From positions 10,974,001 to 11,038,000 of the forward strand of contig JBITNC010000002.1 in the NCBI GenBank assembly GCA_050084985.1: 64,000 bases of DNA. Direction: 5' to 3'. The stretch's first letter is position 1. Each line of letters opens with the position of its first letter. This document shows positions 58,927 to 64,000 of this stretch, piece by piece. The translations under genes and the position numbers were made by a program. Source of the stretch: Nageia nagi. Lineage: Eukaryota; Plantae; Pinophyta. The notes under the pieces were generated by a model. The model was not told the DNA's origin, searched no databases, and saw only the letters and a list, made by a program, of their open reading frames with translations.

Positions 58927-60104
58927 TGTAATGATCCGGATGGGATCTCAAGGCAAAATCAGCAAATTCAATTACAATTGCCCAATTGTCAAGTCTAGGG
59001 CATTAAGATTCAAGCACACAAACCCTCAAATGCGAACGTTAGGGTTGGGACATCCAATACGCATCACAAGGATGGAAATATGCCAACGTCTAGCTAATAC
59101 AAGCATATAGCAATGAATACCAACTCACAATGCCAACGTGTGGCCCATACATGCACAATTAAGCAAAGACAACCCAAAACATGCACAAGTATGGAATACA
59201 TAACACAATAATGAGATCCAGTGCCCCCTTTGGCTATACAAATGATATAGAATGAAGATGTGTACAATACCAAGCCCTAAGGGTTAGTTGTTGGCCTCCC
59301 AGGAGCCAACTAGGGCACAAATAGAATATCTTTGATCATCGAACACAACCATGGGACCATGGGACAAAAATGCTCCCTCAAAACCCGAATCCTCTCCATT
59401 GAAGGAGCCCTCCTTTGATCATGGAAATCCAACTGAATGGTAGAAGCAAATCCTAGGAATTCCATTGGATGGGCAAAGGTGCTACACCAATGCAGTAGAA
59501 AGACAGGATCCCTTAGCTTGAATGCCCTCTAGACGTTGCGCCTAGGAAGAGTTGCTTAGCACCACTAAGATTTGATGTCCAATGGATTGTAGAAGAAGTA
59601 ATAATCAATCGTTGTCCAGTAATGAAGCTCCATACATTAGCATCCTTCCGGATCTCACCTAGGAGTCATCCTAGGCCCATTTAATCCAACGTTGGCCTCT
59701 TGGGGGCCCGAGTCACCTAACATGGGTCCCTAAGGGTTAGGCATGCCAATGTAGGGGGCCAAGGAGCATAATATGCCAATGTAGGGGGCCAAGGAGCATA
59801 ATATGCCAATGTGGGGGTTTTGGGGTGTGGGGCCCTCCCAAGTCTGGCGCAAGCATGTAGGTAGCCGTCCATCACTCTAATACATAAATAAACCTTGGGA
59901 TACCCACAATCCGAGATCTCCAATATAATAAACACCTAATCTACACTTAGGAGGGAGACGTCGCACTTGGGGCTCACAGTGGGGTCCATTGACCCATTAG
60001 GTCTCCTATCCTAAGTTATAACAATGCAAATACAAGTACATGAATAAAGTATATTACAAGGGTGACCATTTTGGTCCAACTAATAAAACAAGGGGGACGT
60101 CACA
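58927..60104 (-). mobile_element. Solo LTR (1178 bp) inside the hAT transposase
   Basis: TGTAA...TCACA termini, TSD CATCC, 30 bp tandem repeats at 59740-59815; shares blocks (CCCGAATCC..GAAGGAG, GGTAGAAGC..GGAATTCCA) with 41676-42899. Confidence 0.87.
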
Positions 60105-60909
60105 CATCCATATGCTATTTCATCAAGCTAAGAACCTAAGAATGATTGTAGATAAATTTTGTTATTTTTTTGGCATTGTTCACCACTTTTTTGATCCATC
60201 TTATTTTTCTTATGCCTTCCAATATAAGATTAATGCAATGGGCTATGCAAGGAGCTGAAAAAATGACAAGAAACTCCTCTTCAAGAACTTTCCTTATTGC
60301 CACATACGCTGCTTCATTATCGGTGACAATTTGAATTACATTTTATGGCCCAACATCCAATACTACCTACTCAAGCAAGGTGAACTATGTTCTTCCTATT
60401 TTATTTGTTTGAAGCATCTATTGATCTTAGAAATACAATTCCCCCTATTGAAGAAACCAAAAATTGAGTGTCGAACCTTTTCCATCCTTGCATTGATCAA
60501 ACATAATAGTGCAACCCTTCTTCACTCATATTTTTTTCTGCTCTTAATAAGCAGATGAACATCCTTTACACACTTGGTAAGAAGGGTTCCTCTATAGTTA
60601 TAAGATGTCGGGGGTTCAAACCCTGCCACAATTATCAAAGCATTCACCATAGCATTGCAATATGCTGAGTTTGCAATATTAAATGGAATGTTGCAAAAAT
60701 ACTAGAAAGTGGCCATTTCTTTTCTTGCCTTTACACGTATCTCCTTGTTCCAGCCAGTTGTCTCAAGAGATTGTTGGCCACTTGGACAGCTACAAGGAAC
60801 AAAAAATGAACTAGTAGCATATTGCGAGTGTGATCTAGATTTAGTTCTAGAAGCATGAGAAAATGTCATCTATTTTAGCACACAAGGAATTATAATACCA
60901 GGCATTTCT

Positions 60910-61920
60910 CTTGTAATGATCTTTTGTCTCGATGCATTGCTTTAATTAGTGGTATTACAATTTAAGCACTATGACCAACACACTAATTTTACAATGGAAG
61001 AATTATACAATAATATTCTTGATGAAAGTGAAGATATAGTAAAAATAACAAGAAACTCTCACCATTATGACAACAATGGACTTGGTCATCCTCTGAGGAG
61101 CACCACCACTTGCTTAACTCAACAACCAATCCAACACAGCCACCATCACAACCTCACAAAGAGTGCCTTCTTACAACAAAACTCTAACCTATTCTTTATT
61201 TGAATAAATGATCACAAACACAATGCAACACTTTGACACACTTAGGAATTTTAACTTATGACACTAAGACTCAACACACTTATAAACTTCATGACAACTT
61301 CTCAACTCATTCACGACTTGCTTACAACTTCTTCTCAACTTTCCCAAGTTCCCAACTAAGAACTTGCTTACAAATTTCCCTAAATTTTATCTAGGAACTA
61401 AGTTCCTAAATCCCGAGTTCGCTTACTTTCTAACTTGTCAACTTGCTTTACATGCCCATAGTATTTTTCTATTTATAGGCTAAACTAGGTAACAAGATTT
61501 TTCTGTCACTTAGGAATATCTTGAATTTAAAATACATTATATCTCTACCTTTAGAAATATTAAAACACTTTTAAAAATATCCATCACATAGATCTTTTAC
61601 CACATAACTCCTTGTATAATTATAAAATATATATTTTCTCGATATTACCTATAGATATTTATTTCACTTACCATAACTTGCTTTTACTTTTACCATTTAC
61701 CTTTTACAATTTATTGTGCACTATTCACTGGGGACTATTCACTTTTACTATTTATTGTTTTACATTTTATTGAACTTCACCAACTTAAAACCTCCATAGT
61801 GCACTTGTATTATGTGCTGTATATTGATCATTGTTATATTGCTATCTCCTTATTCTGGCTGTGCCATTATTCCATTGCGACTATCATTGTAGCTTATTGG
61901 TAGGTGCCCTTTTTTGCACA
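60910..61920 (-). mobile_element. Probable old LTR fragment inside the hAT
   Basis: Interrupts hAT coding sequence; reversed TATA (CTATTTATAGG, ~61469) followed by a C/A-rich R/U5-like tract; termini and TSD not resolved. Confidence 0.4.
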
Positions 61921-63270
61921 AGCTGACGGCTAGGCACTATTATCGACTAATGAAACATACTATCTACATAGAGAGAATATATTTTTACATGAAAAATTTA
62001 ATGATGGCAAAACCCTAGGCCCAATGTTGTTATTAATGGAACTGGTGATAGAAGGTGGACTGGCAAAAGTGCTAACCTTTTCTGGCTTTGTTTTCAGCTG
62101 TTGTTCCTTCTTGAAGAAACTCTCAAGGTAGGCGTTCATCTGTTGCACTACCTTTGGTTGCATGCTGCAGCATATCTCCACATTCTTGCCTGATATGTGG
62201 ACAACATGGTATTTATGGTTGATTCCATCATATATGACCTTGCTACAATAGTTGCGTTTGAGTTTCCCCCTACTTGCTTGATGTGTTTCCATTCTAAGTC
62301 TCTTCGAGTCTTCATCATCTCTACCTAAATTAAAAGCGCATAAAAAAATAGCCCTAAAAAAAACCTAGGAAAAGAAAAATGCAGTTGTAAAAAAAAAAAC
62401 ACAGCTAAAAACTAAAACACAACCATAAAAAATTAAAACACAGCCCTACAAGAAGAAAAATGCAGCTTAACCAACATAAAATACTGACACAAAACAGAAA
62501 AAAACTGACCTTAATTCAAAACCTATGCAAATAAATAAATGCTGCCTTAGAATCTTCGAACATGGAAGTGAATATGAGAAAATGCTGTTCTAAATCTGTT
62601 CTCCTCTACCTTTTTTCTTCTCATCTGCTGTTCTTTGCAGTGTGAATGTGAAAAATGAAAAAGAGAAATGCATTGTATACATTATGCTTTTTTTTTCTTA
62701 CATAGGTTGAATAATCAGTGTGGGATATGCACATGGCCTATTATTCAGCCTGCTGAATAATGGCCCAAAAATTGCATATTCACTGAATATAAGATGATTA
62801 TTCGATTTAGTCAACTTGACGAATAATTGCCAAGTTTTCAAACTATGCAATTTTAGTTTTTGAATTCTCACTTTTCTGATTGCTGTCCATGCATCTCAAA
62901 TATTTGCTTGCTGCAAACAGTGGTAGAAAGTAAAATGTTGTTTTGGTTTTGGTGTTTCATTTGGTCAGTTGTTTAAACTGGTTTATGATTTCCTTATATG
63001 CGCATGGGATTTCTCATGATCTCTTTGATATTTGAATATGAGGATGCTGCATATCTTTCCTTTGTTTTGAGAACTCTAGAATTTTAATGTGAAATAACAA
63101 ATTGAAAGTTTCGTTTTTAGTCCTTGTTGTGTCTACTCTATTAAACTCAGATACTACTATGTTATCAGATTTTTTAAGAAAGCTGAAAGTGAGATAGAAA
63201 TTTTGATTACTTATGATAGTCACATATTATGTTAGTTGTTTCAACAGTATTGACTTTTCCCTTGATACAG

Positions 63271-64000
63271 AATTGCAGGGAGGCTTTTTGGGCCAATGGA
63301 TGAAAATGGGCAATGGTGGGATGGCAAGTGCATATTTTATCCAATAGTGATAAATCCTTCATCCATCGGATCTTTATGGAGAATGTATTATTATGGTCGT
63401 GATAGTGACTCTTGGTACTCTGGTGTACATCCAGCGTTAATATCTTCCGGTCAGATTGGTCTTGCTGTCAGTGAAGATGGGATCAACTGGTCTAGATATC
63501 CTGGTCCGCTTCAAAGGGGAGCAATAATGGTTCCAGCTGAGGAAAACCCTTTATCTTTTGATTGTGTGCATATTGGTTGTAGTGATGTCTTCTTTCATAA
63601 GATGGAATGGTGGATGTTGTACTTTGGAGGATCTTTGGAAGAAGTAGGCTTCGGGCCTCAAATGCGAACCATGAAAGGTGTTAGGATGCGAGTAGGTTTA
63701 GCAAAATCCTCAGATGGTATTTCATTCATACGGAATGAAGTTCCAGTTTTGGATGTGGGAGATGATGGTGAGTGGGATGAATTGCTCGTTGCTTGGGCAA
63801 GGGTTATACCGCCAAGATTGGAAGGAAGCAATAAATGGTTGATGACATATTGTTCTATAGAGAAAATCTCATCTAGCAATTGCTTCTCTATTGGTGAAGC
63901 AACTTCTGAGAATGGAGAGACATGGGAGAAGAAAGGAAAAATTCTCGAAAGAGGCCCCCCTGGTGCATGGGATCATGGAGGTGTAGGAAGGCACCATGTT
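63271..64000 (+). CDS. Five-bladed beta-propeller glycosyl hydrolase-like protein (arabinanase/levansucrase/invertase superfamily); exon runs off the window
   Basis: Pyrimidine tract + TACAG acceptor, then a stop-free frame: IAGRLFGPMDENGQWWDGK...WRMYYYG...IGLAVSEDGINW...WWMLYFGG...VGLAKSSDGISF...GDDGEWD...IGEATSENGETW...GPPGAWD. Repeated blade motifs (W-M-Y-G / IGLAxSxDG-W / G-WD). Confidence 0.88.

Larger units (their letters stand above)
44491..62847 (-). mobile_element. Decayed hAT transposon (BED zinc finger, DUF659-like core, hATC dimerisation domain), split by nested insertions
   Basis: Imperfect TIRs CATAGTTATGAAA / TTTTCAAACTATG. BED-like KLKRNYCSKVIYDGI..KYHVVHISG.NVEIC (~62150-62270); MAYLYKDMDKAKEAI...HATDYYLNP (58293-58568); dimerisation motif NNLVCVHYN..INLDEI spans the 44756/57967 junction. 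No TSD recognised. Confidence 0.75.

Overview
Plant nuclear DNA, AT-rich and dense in transposable elements; the element types and giant intron suggest a gymnosperm (inference). Two host genes are divergently arranged. The first is a complete 10-exon casein kinase II alpha gene (minus, 14338-20654) with a plastid-type N-terminal extension that still carries the internal Met of the short isoform. The second is a five-bladed beta-propeller glycosyl-hydrolase-like gene (plus) whose probable first exon (26949-27082) is separated from a long exon (63271 to window end) by a ~36 kb intron. That intron contains a young 13.2 kb Ty3/gypsy Tat element (GAG-PR-aRH-RT-RH-INT plus a large extra ORF, TSD GTAAT) inserted in a hAT transposase, three TSD-flanked solo LTRs, a poly(A)-tailed ORF-bearing element, and a 6 kb TG..CA unit (TSD ATTAG) carrying a covarying hairpin array and a homologue of the Tat extra ORF. 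The left end holds a decayed Tat/Ogre pol, a gag and an antisense PMD ORF. A MULE-type MITE and L1 LINE remnants lie near CK2. The most novel signals are (1) an extra-ORF family paired with element-specific motif arrays, possibly a sequence-specific anti-silencing system, and (2) a tRNA-3'-end-like hairpin where the polypurine tract should be. All counts and alignments were done by eye.
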